From: Clostridia bacterium
GTDB taxonomy: Bacteria > Bacillota > Clostridia > Oscillospirales > CAG-272
Length of the DNA stretch: 64,000 nucleotides
Direction: 5' to 3'
Assembly: GCA_017502135.1 (NCBI GenBank)
Contig: JAFVVP010000005.1
Coordinates: 180,811-244,810 of the forward strand
Position numbers and translations under genes: made by a program. The notes under the pieces were generated by a model. The model did not search any database. It saw only the letters and a list, made by a program, of their open reading frames with translations, and was not told the origin of the DNA. Shown here in pieces: positions 46,608-55,526 of this stretch (the stretch's first letter is position 1; each line of letters opens with the position of its first letter).

Positions 46608-47489
46608 TTAATTTGTGCGATGCAGCAAATAATCCGCGAGATCCGACAAAAGAGCCGCCCCGTCATATCCCGCCAAGGCATTTCTCGCGTCAGCCGTGCA
46701 GTCTGCCGCCAACTTCTCTGCCTCATCCTCAGTAAGGAAGGTAAGAATGGTCTTCTTGCCGTTTTTGGCATCGCTTCCGACCGGTTTTCCAAGCGTTGCG
46801 GAATCACTCCGCACATCCAAAAGATCGTCCACGATCTGGAAGGCAAAGCCGATACCGTGTGCATACCGTGCTATATTTTCTTCATCCTCCGCCACAGGAG
46901 CATCTTTCGCGGCATACAGACCAAGCAAGGCAGCCGTTTTAATAAGTGCACCGGTTTTCATACGCTGTAGCCGCACGAGTTCTTCGTACGAATCACACTG
47001 ATCGGCAAGGTCGTAATACTGCCCACCGGTCATCCCGAGTGCGCCCGCTCCGCTTGCGAGTGCCGTAGCCGCAAGCACGCGTGAGCGATCAGACACCCAC
47101 GGATTGCGAAGTGCGATTTCAAACGCCTGCGTCAGAAGTGTATCACCCGCGAGCAGTGCGTTTGCCTCCCCGAATTCCTTGTGACAGGAAGGTTTTCCAC
47201 GACGCATATCGTCGTCATCCATACAGGGCATGTCATCATGCACGAGTGAATACGCGTGCACCATCTCGATTGCCGAAGCAAACGGAAGAGCCGCCTTTTC
47301 ATCGCCGCCGAAAAGACGGCAGAATTCAATCGTCAGAAAGGCGCGGATGCGCTTTCCTCCGCCAAGAACAGCGTACTTCATAGCCTCCGAAAGGACGGTA
47401 TCGCCCGAATATCTCACGGAAAGGCTTTCTTCAAGCGCCGATTCCGTAAGTGCGGCGTTTCTCAAAAGTGCTTCTTTCAACTCTTTCAT
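46608..47489 (-). CDS. ispA: polyprenyl (farnesyl/geranylgeranyl) diphosphate synthase
   Basis: First and second Asp-rich motifs LVHDDMPCMDDDDMRRG and FQIVDDLLD. Confidence 0.9.
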   Translation of the reverse strand: MKELKEALLRNAALTESALEESLSVRYSGDTVLSEAMKYAVLGGGKRIRAFLTIEFCRLFGGDEKAALPFASAIEMVHAYSLVHDDMPCMDDDDMRRGKPSCHKEFGEANALLAGDTLLTQAFEIALRNPWVSDRSRVLAATALASGAGALGMTGGQYYDLADQCDSYEELVRLQRMKTGALIKTAALLGLYAAKDAPVAEDEENIARYAHGIGFAFQIVDDLLDVRSDSATLGKPVGSDAKNGKKTILTFLTEDEAEKLAADCTADARNALAGYDGAALLSDLADYLLHRTN

Positions 47490-47740
47490 TCGATCTTCTC
47501 GCCTCCCTGCATCGGCGGCATATCCTCTTCCATGAAGTTGCCGTCCGAACCGACAGTCAAAATCTTTACCCGCTTTTGTGCGTTATCAAGACGCGTGTTG
47601 CAAAGCCGAACGAGGGCCACACCCTCCTCATACAAAGACAGAGATACGTCAAGAGGTGCGTTTCCGCTTTCAAGAAGGTGCACGATTTCCTCGAGCCTTG
47701 CCATAGCGGCCTCGAAAGTCATTTGTTCATCAATGTTCAT
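47486..47740 (-). CDS. xseB: exodeoxyribonuclease VII small subunit
   Basis: 84 aa: ..TFEAAMARLEEIVHLLESGNAPLDVSLSLYEEGVALVRLC.. Confidence 0.9.
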   Translation of the reverse strand: MNIDEQMTFEAAMARLEEIVHLLESGNAPLDVSLSLYEEGVALVRLCNTRLDNAQKRVKILTVGSDGNFMEEDMPPMQGGEKIE

Positions 47741-47741
47741 T

Positions 47742-49016
47742 TCATAGTTCCTCGGTTATATTTTCATTTTCAGCGGTTATCGGTCGGACAGCCCGGATTT
47801 CGGCATCCGCCTCTCCGTCCGCAACACGGAACGTAATTTCGTTTCCGATTGTAAGTTGAGACGCACTCTTTACGATTGTTCCGTCTTTATCGTACACAGC
47901 GGAAAAGCCGCGCGAAAGAACGGCCAACGGATTTAAAGCGTTCAGTTTGCCGACGGCGGTGGAAAGCTGTGCGTTTTTGAGAGTAAGAATATTGCCCTCT
48001 GCCAACGTAAAGCGATCTGTAAACGACAGAACTGCCATACGCTTATCATCTAAAAAATACATCGGATTTGTCAAAGCCCGCGATGTCGAAAGGTGCCCAA
48101 GTCGCTCCCGTCTCCGCGCAATGACCTGCGAGAGAACCGCACTTTCTCTGGAAATGATATTGTTAATCTTTCTTTTCAGTTCTTCCGTTTCGGGAAGCGC
48201 CAGTTCTGCCGCCGCAGACGGCGTCGGTGCACGAAGATCTGCGGCAAAATCGCAGATCGTAAAATCCGTTTCATGCCCTACTGCAGAGATTACCGGGATG
48301 CGTGAGGCAGCAACAGTTCTCGCAAGTCCCTCATCGTTGAACGCCCAGAGATCTTCTAGTGAGCCGCCGCCGCGTCCGATGATAATCACGTCTGCACTGT
48401 TCGTATTGTTGAAATACCGGACACCGGCGACGAGTTGTGCCGGTGCATCGGGTCCCTGTACGAGAGAGGGGTACAGGACGAGTTTCGCAAAAGGAAACCG
48501 TCTGCCTGCTACGTGGATCATATCCCGCACGGCAGCCCCTGTAGCGGAGGTGATAATTCCGACACGCATCGGAATCTTGGGCAGTTTCTTTTTCTTCGAC
48601 GGATCAAATAATCCTTCCGCCTGCAGTTTTCGTTTGAGCTGCTCGTATGCGATATACAAAGCGCCAATTCCATCCGGTTCAAGCGCATCTGCATACAGCT
48701 GGTACTGGCCGTCCCTGACGAATGCGGAAACTCTGCCGTGCGCTATGACCTTCATACCGTCCTCGGGTACAAACCGGAGTTTTCCGACACTGGAGCGGAA
48801 CATCACAGAGCGGATAACCCCGCCATCATCCTTCAACGTAAAGTAATAGTGACCCGTTCCGTAATGTTTTTTTAGGTTGGATATCTCACCTTTCACAAAT
48901 ACACTGGCAAGCGGAGACGATGCATCAATAACGCCTTTGATATACTCGTTCAACTGTGTAACGGTCACCGCGGAGGAGAAGCGGCCTGCGTCATTCAAAG
49001 AAGGTATATCGACCAT
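47742..49016 (-). CDS. xseA: exodeoxyribonuclease VII large subunit
   Basis: OB-fold N-terminus (VTVTQLNEYIKGVIDAS...VKGEISN), GIITSATGAAVRD and GRGGGSLEDLWAFN. Confidence 0.95.
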   Translation of the reverse strand: MVDIPSLNDAGRFSSAVTVTQLNEYIKGVIDASSPLASVFVKGEISNLKKHYGTGHYYFTLKDDGGVIRSVMFRSSVGKLRFVPEDGMKVIAHGRVSAFVRDGQYQLYADALEPDGIGALYIAYEQLKRKLQAEGLFDPSKKKKLPKIPMRVGIITSATGAAVRDMIHVAGRRFPFAKLVLYPSLVQGPDAPAQLVAGVRYFNNTNSADVIIIGRGGGSLEDLWAFNDEGLARTVAASRIPVISAVGHETDFTICDFAADLRAPTPSAAAELALPETEELKRKINNIISRESAVLSQVIARRRERLGHLSTSRALTNPMYFLDDKRMAVLSFTDRFTLAEGNILTLKNAQLSTAVGKLNALNPLAVLSRGFSAVYDKDGTIVKSASQLTIGNEITFRVADGEADAEIRAVRPITAENENITEEL

Positions 49017-49999
49017 CAGACTCCCTCCGTGTTTCTCATTTTATCGTGCAAAAAGAGATGCCGCGCCAAAAGCGCAGTTCCGAACGCGTTATCGGATGAA
49101 AATTGCGGTTTTGCAAAAGCAGCATTCTCTTCCGCGAGCATCTCTTTTATAATCCCACAACTCATAACACCGCCGGCATAGAGGATCGGCACGTCCCCGT
49201 AAACAGCGCGCACACCGTCGCGCATACCAGCGAGCGTTCTGCCAACGAAGCAGAGAACAAATGCACTCACAAGCGCTCGATCAACTCGGGAGTCGTATAA
49301 CTGAATCGCTTTGTTTTCAACACCCGAAAGATTACACTCCATACCGACTACCGATATTTTCGCCTCGGGGACTTTCCCTTCGTACGATGAGGCCAATCTC
49401 TCCATCTCCGCACCGGCAGGAAACTGAAGCCCCATATACACGCCGGCGCGATCAATGGCCTGTCCGGCGTTGATATCACGCGTGCCGCCAATTTGGCTCA
49501 CAGTAAAGACTTTGTCTTCACACGGCTGTACGTGAAGCACCTCCGTCGTACCGCCGGATACGTGGAAAGCTATAAATTCACGTCCGATCCACTCCATCCG
49601 TCCGGCAGAATGAAGTGCCGCCATAATGTGTCCGTTTTGATGGGAGAGCCGATACACCGGCACACGGAGCATAGCACCCGCTGTTTCGGCCGCCGAAAGA
49701 CCGCTCAAAAAGCACGGCATATAAGATCCCTCCGCATCGCGCGGCGTGGCCGATACACCGATAGCGGCAACGGCATGATCCGCGGAAAGCTGCTTCACAA
49801 TATCACCGAGCGCCGAGGCACCCTCCGCGAGCTGCTTTACGTGATGAAAAACCGCGTCACTCTGCCTAAGTCCGCGTTCACCTTCCTTCACGGGAAGAAG
49901 CTTCTTAAAATTCAGAAGGGCCGAACCGCTCTCATCGGTAAGCGCCACGGACGTCGTGTAATTACTCGTATCAATGCCGCAAAACAGTGGCTGTTTCAC
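49016..49999 (-). CDS. TsaD/Kae1-family (ASKHA fold, glycoprotease M22-like) paralogue
   Basis: Aligns by eye to TsaD: GIDTSNYTTS/GIETSCDETG, HQNGHI/HMEGHL, HVSGGTTEV/LVSGGHTQL, DINAGQAIDR/DDAAGEAFDK, AGGVMSC/AGGVSAN, FSSDNAFG/FCTDNGAM. Confidence 0.7.
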   Translation of the reverse strand: MKQPLFCGIDTSNYTTSVALTDESGSALLNFKKLLPVKEGERGLRQSDAVFHHVKQLAEGASALGDIVKQLSADHAVAAIGVSATPRDAEGSYMPCFLSGLSAAETAGAMLRVPVYRLSHQNGHIMAALHSAGRMEWIGREFIAFHVSGGTTEVLHVQPCEDKVFTVSQIGGTRDINAGQAIDRAGVYMGLQFPAGAEMERLASSYEGKVPEAKISVVGMECNLSGVENKAIQLYDSRVDRALVSAFVLCFVGRTLAGMRDGVRAVYGDVPILYAGGVMSCGIIKEMLAEENAAFAKPQFSSDNAFGTALLARHLFLHDKMRNTEGV

Positions 50000-50424
50000 T
50001 TTGTCTCCCCACTCACTTCCACGCCGATAAGACCTTTAGCGCGAGCGATCTGGTTCAAAATACCGTTAATGAATGCAGGAGCGGCATCGTCATCGTAAAT
50101 CTTCGCCAACTCCACGGCCTCGTTGATCACGGCTTTTGCGGGTACGCCGCCAAAACACATTTCAAAAACCGAAAGACGAAGGAGCGTCCGCGTTACGACA
50201 GCCATACGGGATATTTTCCATTTATGCGCGGAGGCAGAAATCAACGTATCCGTCTCTTCACGACTTGCCATCGTTCCGAAATACGTATCACGGATATACG
50301 CAGTTTCTTTTACCTCCTGAGCAGCAAGACTGCTCTCATACATATCGGCAGACGATACGTCACTGTGAAACTCCGCCTCAAAAAGAATTCGGAAAACGAT
50401 CTCCCGCTCTTCACGTCTTGTCAT
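49996..50424 (-). CDS. nusB: transcription antitermination factor NusB
   Basis: MTRREEREIVFRILFEAEF... and the C-terminal ..AKAVINEAVELAKIY....APAFINGILN.. Confidence 0.9.
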   Translation of the reverse strand: MTRREEREIVFRILFEAEFHSDVSSADMYESSLAAQEVKETAYIRDTYFGTMASREETDTLISASAHKWKISRMAVVTRTLLRLSVFEMCFGGVPAKAVINEAVELAKIYDDDAAPAFINGILNQIARAKGLIGVEVSGETK

Positions 50425-50513
50425 ACTTCACACATAGCCGCTATGCGGCCGATCCTTTCGCGCAATTTATACTTATAGTTAATCATTTTACATTGATTAA
50501 TATACTACTGAAT

Positions 50514-50542
50514 ATTATACATTCTCGACGTGTGGATGTCAA
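50514..50542 (-). promoter_or_regulatory. sigma-A promoter of the nusB...recN-tyrS array
   Basis: Minus strand: TTGACA (50542-50537), 17 nt spacer, TGTATAAT with the hexamer at 50519-50514. Confidence 0.65.
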
Positions 50543-50554
50543 CAATTCCGGAAG

Positions 50555-50572
50555 AAATATTCATGAATATTT
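50555..50572. repeat. perfect 18-bp palindrome AAATATTCATGAATATTT in the nusB / M23-peptidase divergent region
   Basis: Read directly from the sequence. The half-sites AAATATTC/GAATATTT are identical to those of the palindrome at 61388-61414. Confidence 0.7.
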
Positions 50573-50704
50573 GCGAATTTATACGCACGTTTCAAAGGAA
50601 ATTCGATGGAAGAATGAAACAAGAATATAAAAGTCCGATCGGTGAGATATTATAACCACAAAATTGCTCGACTTGCGAAATTTTTAAAGAGGCGGAGACT
50701 TCTT

Positions 50705-51694
50705 ATGAAAAAATCGAAAATTCTTCTCAACGTCATCACAGTGGCCCTTCTCATCGCAATCATTGTGCCTCCCCTCGCGTGCACCTGTGCCGCCGCAGAC
50801 GACAAAAATAACTACATCAAGTGGGTGGATTTCGGGATTACGGCAAAAGCTCTCAAAGATGCTATGGAAATGGATATACAGTCTTACGATTCAGAAAAAC
50901 CGATCCCGTGGATCGGCCTTTTAGCAACTTTGGGGGTAAAATACGGCGGCAATTTTTCTCTGTATAAAAATACCGATATGCAAAAAGTTGCAGAGGCGTA
51001 CACAGGCGGAAAAACCTTTGAGGAAATTGCTAAAAACGATAAACTCTATAGCTACTACGAAAAAGCATACAGGGCCGTGCTCGGCGGAATGCTGGGCGAA
51101 TATACGGAAATCGACGAGGACGGCAATAAATCCGAGGGATACGGTCTTACCGCATACGCCCCGCTTGCTTACGGCTACGGATTCAGCCACTACGACGATT
51201 TCGGTGCCGCTCGTTCTTACGGGTACAAACGGCATCATCTGGGGCACGACCTTATGGGGGCGGTCGGCACACCGGTTATTGCGGTGGAAGCAGGATACGT
51301 CGAGGCTTGCGGCTGGAATCAATACGGCGGCTGGCGCATCGGCATCCGTTCTTTTGACGGGAAAAGATACTATTACTATGCACACCTGCGTCGCGGGCAC
51401 CCTTATAACGACATATACGAAGGTAAAATCGTTAACGCGGGCGAGGTCATCGGATACCTCGGCATGACCGGATACAGCCCAAAAGAGGACGTGAATAATA
51501 TTGACACCCCGCATCTGCATTTCGGTCTTCAGTTGATCTTTGACCCGAAACAGAAAGACGGCACAAATCAGATATGGGTCGATCTCTTCGCTCTGACGGA
51601 GTTTCTCAGCATGAACAAAAGCAAAACGACTAAAAGCACAGACGGAGAATATTATGCAAAAACCGTACGCATTCCCAAAAACGCCTGGGACTGA
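50705..51694 (+). CDS. M23-family (LytM) metallopeptidase, membrane-anchored
   Basis: ORF 50642..51694, with the start moved to MKKSKILLNV (AGAGGCGGAG SD). HxxxD (HLGHDL) and HxH (TPHLHFG) motifs are intact. Confidence 0.85.
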   Translation: MKKSKILLNVITVALLIAIIVPPLACTCAAADDKNNYIKWVDFGITAKALKDAMEMDIQSYDSEKPIPWIGLLATLGVKYGGNFSLYKNTDMQKVAEAYTGGKTFEEIAKNDKLYSYYEKAYRAVLGGMLGEYTEIDEDGNKSEGYGLTAYAPLAYGYGFSHYDDFGAARSYGYKRHHLGHDLMGAVGTPVIAVEAGYVEACGWNQYGGWRIGIRSFDGKRYYYYAHLRRGHPYNDIYEGKIVNAGEVIGYLGMTGYSPKEDVNNIDTPHLHFGLQLIFDPKQKDGTNQIWVDLFALTEFLSMNKSKTTKSTDGEYYAKTVRIPKNAWD

Positions 51695-51712
51695 CTGAAC
51701 ACCCTTAAGATA

Positions 51713-51741
51713 TTGACAAAATCTTTTCATTGCGGTATAAT
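51713..51741 (+). promoter_or_regulatory. sigma-A promoter of the M29 aminopeptidase gene
   Basis: TTGACA (51713-51718), 17 nt spacer, TATAAT (51736-51741). Confidence 0.65.
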
Positions 51742-51788
51742 TTTTAGTATAGAAAACCACTATTATACAATCATTTTCGGAGGACAGT

Positions 51789-53015
51789 ATGAATAAAACA
51801 CTGATGAAAAAATACGCCGCGCTCATCGCCCGCGTCGGTGCCAACGTGCAAAAAGGACAGCCCGTCGTTATTTACGCCGAGGTAGATCAGGGTGAGTTCG
51901 TTTCCTACGTAACAGAAGAATGCTACAAAGCCGGTGCATCCCGTGTATCACATGAATGGAGTTACCAGCCGATCACAAAGATGAACTACAAATACCGCAC
52001 TTTGAAATCGCTCTCCACCGTTCCCGCATGGCAGGAAGCGAAAATGCAGCAAATGGTAGAGGATGTTCCCTGCCGAATCCGTATTGAAAGTGCCGATCCG
52101 GACGGCCTGCGCGGCATCAACCGCGATAAGGTCCAGAAATCTCGCATTGCTACCTATCCGATTATGAAAAAATATAACGACGCGCTCGAAAACAAGGATC
52201 AGTGGACGATCGCCGCAGTTCCGTCTTACGCCTGGGCGAAAAAAGTGTTTCCCGGTGAAAAGAAGAACAAAGCGTACGAAATGCTCTGGGATGCTATCCT
52301 GAACGCAGTACGCGTCACGAAGGACAACGACCCCGTAGAAGAATGGCGTCTCCACAACGAAAAGTTCAAGGAGAAATGCGCATGGCTGAACGAACAGCAT
52401 TTTGATTATCTCGAGTACAAAAGTGCAAACGGAACCGATTTCCGCGCATCCCTGATCCCTGAAGGAAAGTGGTGCGGCGGCGGAGACACGTCACTGCTTG
52501 GGCGTTTCTTCAATCCCAATCTGCCCACGGAAGAGATCTTTACGAGTCCGAAACGCGGCATGGCAGACGGAAAACTCGTTTCCACCAAACCTCTTTCCTA
52601 TCAAGGCCAGCTGATTGAGAATTTCTATATCACGTTCAAGGACGGTAAAGCCGTTGAGTGGGATGCTGAAAAAGGCAAAGAACTTTTAACACAGATGCTC
52701 ACCATGGACGAAGGCGCCGCTTACCTCGGCGAACTCGCACTCGTTCCGAAAAACAGTCCCATCTCGGAAAGCGGGATTCTCTTCTATAACACGCTCTTTG
52801 ACGAGAACGCAAGCTGCCACGTAGCGATGGGACGCGGATTTATGGATACGATCGTAGATTTCCAAAACAAATCGCACGAAGAATGCCACGCTCTTGGCAT
52901 CAACGACAGTATGATCCACGTGGACTTCATGATCGGTGCTCCCGATATGTCGATTACCGGCTACAAAAACGGAAAAGCAACCCCAATTTTCGTAAACGGA
53001 ACGTGGGCTGAATAA
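51789..53015 (+). CDS. M29-family aminopeptidase (AmpS/PepS-like)
   Basis: MNKTLMKKYAALIARVGANVQKGQPVVI... with length and sequence typical of thermophilic-metalloprotease (M29) aminopeptidases. Confidence 0.85.
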   Translation: MNKTLMKKYAALIARVGANVQKGQPVVIYAEVDQGEFVSYVTEECYKAGASRVSHEWSYQPITKMNYKYRTLKSLSTVPAWQEAKMQQMVEDVPCRIRIESADPDGLRGINRDKVQKSRIATYPIMKKYNDALENKDQWTIAAVPSYAWAKKVFPGEKKNKAYEMLWDAILNAVRVTKDNDPVEEWRLHNEKFKEKCAWLNEQHFDYLEYKSANGTDFRASLIPEGKWCGGGDTSLLGRFFNPNLPTEEIFTSPKRGMADGKLVSTKPLSYQGQLIENFYITFKDGKAVEWDAEKGKELLTQMLTMDEGAAYLGELALVPKNSPISESGILFYNTLFDENASCHVAMGRGFMDTIVDFQNKSHEECHALGINDSMIHVDFMIGAPDMSITGYKNGKATPIFVNGTWAE

Positions 53016-53030
53016 AGCGAAGAACGGGCA

Positions 53031-53059
53031 TTTTCCTGCCCGTTCTTTGACATATCCCC
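53031..53059 (+). terminator. intrinsic terminator after the aminopeptidase gene
   Basis: Stem AGAACGGGCA (53031-53040) paired with TGCCCGTTCT (53047-53056), followed by a short T-run. Confidence 0.6.
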
Positions 53060-53111
53060 CTCTATCGCGCGCATATAATTTTTGGACAAAACAAATTAAC
53101 GGGAGATTTTA

Positions 53112-53609
53112 ATGAAACGTTTTCTTTCATTTTTCCTATCCCTAATCCCTGCCGTTCTTTGTATGATTTTAATATTTTGCCTTTCTTCACAAACGGCGGA
53201 TGTGTCTTCGGAAACGAGCGGCGGCGTAATTAAAAACGTTTTGTCTCTTCTCCCCATCGGTTTCGAGCGAATGACATCCGAAAGACAAGCACAACTCATA
53301 GAATCCTGCCAATTTGTCGTCCGCAAAGGAGCGCACTTTTCTATTTATGCACTGCTCGGAATACTTTACATCCCACCGATGCACATCCTTTTCCGGCAGA
53401 AAAAATCCGCCCCCTTTGCCGCGTGGATTCTATCTTTCCTCTATGCAATCAGTGATGAGATTCACCAGAAATACGTTCCCGGTCGCAGCTGTGAACTGCG
53501 CGACGTAATTATCGACAGCGCCGGTGCCGCTCTTGGAATTTTAATCGTTTGCACAATTATCGGCGCGGTGATGGAACGAAAACAAAACCAAAAGGAAAGA
53601 TGCCTATGA
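53112..53609 (+). CDS. VanZ-family membrane protein
   Basis: ..VVRKGAHFSIYALLG...DEIHQKYVPGRSCELRDVIIDSAGAALG.. is the VanZ signature. Confidence 0.85.
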   Translation: MKRFLSFFLSLIPAVLCMILIFCLSSQTADVSSETSGGVIKNVLSLLPIGFERMTSERQAQLIESCQFVVRKGAHFSIYALLGILYIPPMHILFRQKKSAPFAAWILSFLYAISDEIHQKYVPGRSCELRDVIIDSAGAALGILIVCTIIGAVMERKQNQKERCL

Positions 53610-53621
53610 GGCATCTTTTTT
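53596..53621. terminator. bidirectional terminator hairpin containing both convergent stop codons
   Basis: Stem AAAGATGCCT (53596-53605) paired with AGGCATCTTT (53609-53618), T-run to 53621. The vanZ-like stop (53607-53609) and the GH13 stop (53604-53606, minus strand) both lie inside it. Confidence 0.7.
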
Positions 53622-55514
53622 ATTGCTTTTTAGCATAATCCCATCTGGAGTATGATAATGATACGCGGTAAGCGGCGGCACAACCGGAGAATACCCCGCG
53701 TACTCGTCGTCGATACCGCTGACCTCGTGCGTAAGACATACGCATATCTCCGCATCCGATCGGTTCAAAATCAGCATCACCGCCGGATCACATCCGTTCT
53801 CACGGACGATTATAAGATATTCGGGAGTCGCTTTCAAAACACGCATGAATCCGTCAGAGAAAACAGGCTCGCTTCGATGCAAAGCACCGATTTTTCTGTA
53901 ATACGTTAAGAGGGTTTCATCCTCTCTTCCCCACGGAAACGGCATACGGCAAAAAGGATCACCATACCCTTCGATACCCACCTCATCTCCGTAGAAAATG
54001 GAAGGCACGCCGGGCATCACCGAGACGAGTGCATATGCCATCTTCAAGAGCCTTATGCCCCGCGCGTACTGCTCCGGGGTTAAGCGTTTTTTTGCAAGTT
54101 CCGTATTGGAAAAGCCGTCAGGATAATCGCCCGCAAGAGCCGTTAAAATTCGCATCGTATCGTGCGTTCCCAATAGATTCATGAGTAGATCTGCGGCATC
54201 TTTCGGATAGCGCCTGTACAGCGGCTCCACGATATTTGTGAACTTCTCCGCATCACCGTACCGTATATATGAGACGACCGCTTCACGGAGCGGATAATTC
54301 ATCACAGAATGAAGCTGACCGCCGCGAAGATAGCGCCGTCTTATGCCGTACGATCGCTTATTCGTTGCATCCTCCCACACTTCCCCGTAGATGACAGCCT
54401 CCGGCTTAGTTTTTTTCAATCGATCATGAAGTGCATCTAGAAATCCTTCCGTAAGCTCATCTGCTACATCCAGCCGCCAGCCGTCCACACCGAGTTTCGT
54501 CCATTTCGCGACAATGCCGTCCTCACCAAGTATATATTCCCGATATGACGGCTCATCCCCGCGCACTTTCGGTAAAGTCGGCATACCCCACCAGGATTCA
54601 TATACACCGGGATGCTCGTAGAAAATATACCATGGATAATAGGGCGATTCCTCGGATTGACACGCGCCGATAGAATCATAATTCAAAAAACGGTTAAAGT
54701 AGACGCTGTCAGAACCGGTGTGATTAAAAACGCCGTCCAAAATCACATGGATACCGTGCGATTTTGCTGCGGAAATCAAAGCGTTAAAGCCATCTTCACC
54801 GCCAAACATTTCGTCAATTTTTCCATAATCACCGGTATCGTATTTGTGATTTGAGGCTGCATCGAAAATCGGGCTAAGGTAAAGACAAGTAACCCCGAGG
54901 GAAGCAATATATTCCATTTTTTCTGCAATACCGAACAAATCCCCGCCGAAAAAAACATTGTTCGGCAGATCGTCGCCGGGATTTATTGCATACTGCGGAA
55001 TACCGTGATCCCAATCGGGGTTGATAACCGTCCCTCTTTTCGGAACCGCTCTGCCGGAAGAACAAAAGCGATCGACAAAAATATGGTATATAATACCGCC
55101 TTTGAGCCACTGGGGCGTGTGTGTGCCCTTTTTGCATACGAGCAACTGGCGCTTTCCGTCCTCATAGCACGGATAGAGGATTTCGGGCGATTCACCGCCG
55201 TACGTGATGCACTTTTCACGATAATAAACGTCGTAGCAGTAGTAAAACAAACCGTCCTCAGCGTCTCCGCATAATTCAAAAAGCGCAATGTCCGCACGAA
55301 ATGATTCCTCCGCCTTTTCCATATCGTAGAGATGCATCTTCCCATCCGCATCCGAGTGGATACGCAGTACGGTTTTCACGACATCTGATGACAGCGGAAC
55401 ATACAAACAAAATCGCACGGTTTCGTCAAAAGAAAAGGCACCCAACGGAGAAAATTTTGCCTCGGTACCCTTCAGTACATATTTCTTTTCCGTAACGTTT
55501 TCAACTGTTTTCAT
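53604..55514 (-). CDS. GH13 alpha-amylase-family enzyme (neopullulanase/alpha-glucosidase-like), last gene of the glg operon
   Basis: GH13 regions I-IV: ILDGVFNHTG, GVDGWRLDVADEL, YGEVWED, LLGTHDTMR. Confidence 0.85.
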   Translation of the reverse strand: MKTVENVTEKKYVLKGTEAKFSPLGAFSFDETVRFCLYVPLSSDVVKTVLRIHSDADGKMHLYDMEKAEESFRADIALFELCGDAEDGLFYYCYDVYYREKCITYGGESPEILYPCYEDGKRQLLVCKKGTHTPQWLKGGIIYHIFVDRFCSSGRAVPKRGTVINPDWDHGIPQYAINPGDDLPNNVFFGGDLFGIAEKMEYIASLGVTCLYLSPIFDAASNHKYDTGDYGKIDEMFGGEDGFNALISAAKSHGIHVILDGVFNHTGSDSVYFNRFLNYDSIGACQSEESPYYPWYIFYEHPGVYESWWGMPTLPKVRGDEPSYREYILGEDGIVAKWTKLGVDGWRLDVADELTEGFLDALHDRLKKTKPEAVIYGEVWEDATNKRSYGIRRRYLRGGQLHSVMNYPLREAVVSYIRYGDAEKFTNIVEPLYRRYPKDAADLLMNLLGTHDTMRILTALAGDYPDGFSNTELAKKRLTPEQYARGIRLLKMAYALVSVMPGVPSIFYGDEVGIEGYGDPFCRMPFPWGREDETLLTYYRKIGALHRSEPVFSDGFMRVLKATPEYLIIVRENGCDPAVMLILNRSDAEICVCLTHEVSGIDDEYAGYSPVVPPLTAYHYHTPDGIMLKSNKKDAS

Positions 55515-55526
55515 ATTTTCCTCTTC

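Noticed and set aside
53061-53111. A possible sigma-A promoter for the vanZ-like gene (TTGACA ... CATATAAT). Candidate promoters for eno, PBP1A, the M23 peptidase and the small gene at 34629 were considered as well.
   Set aside because: Spacer lengths (19-21 nt) or hexamer quality were poor, and I could not support them to the standard of the promoters listed as features.
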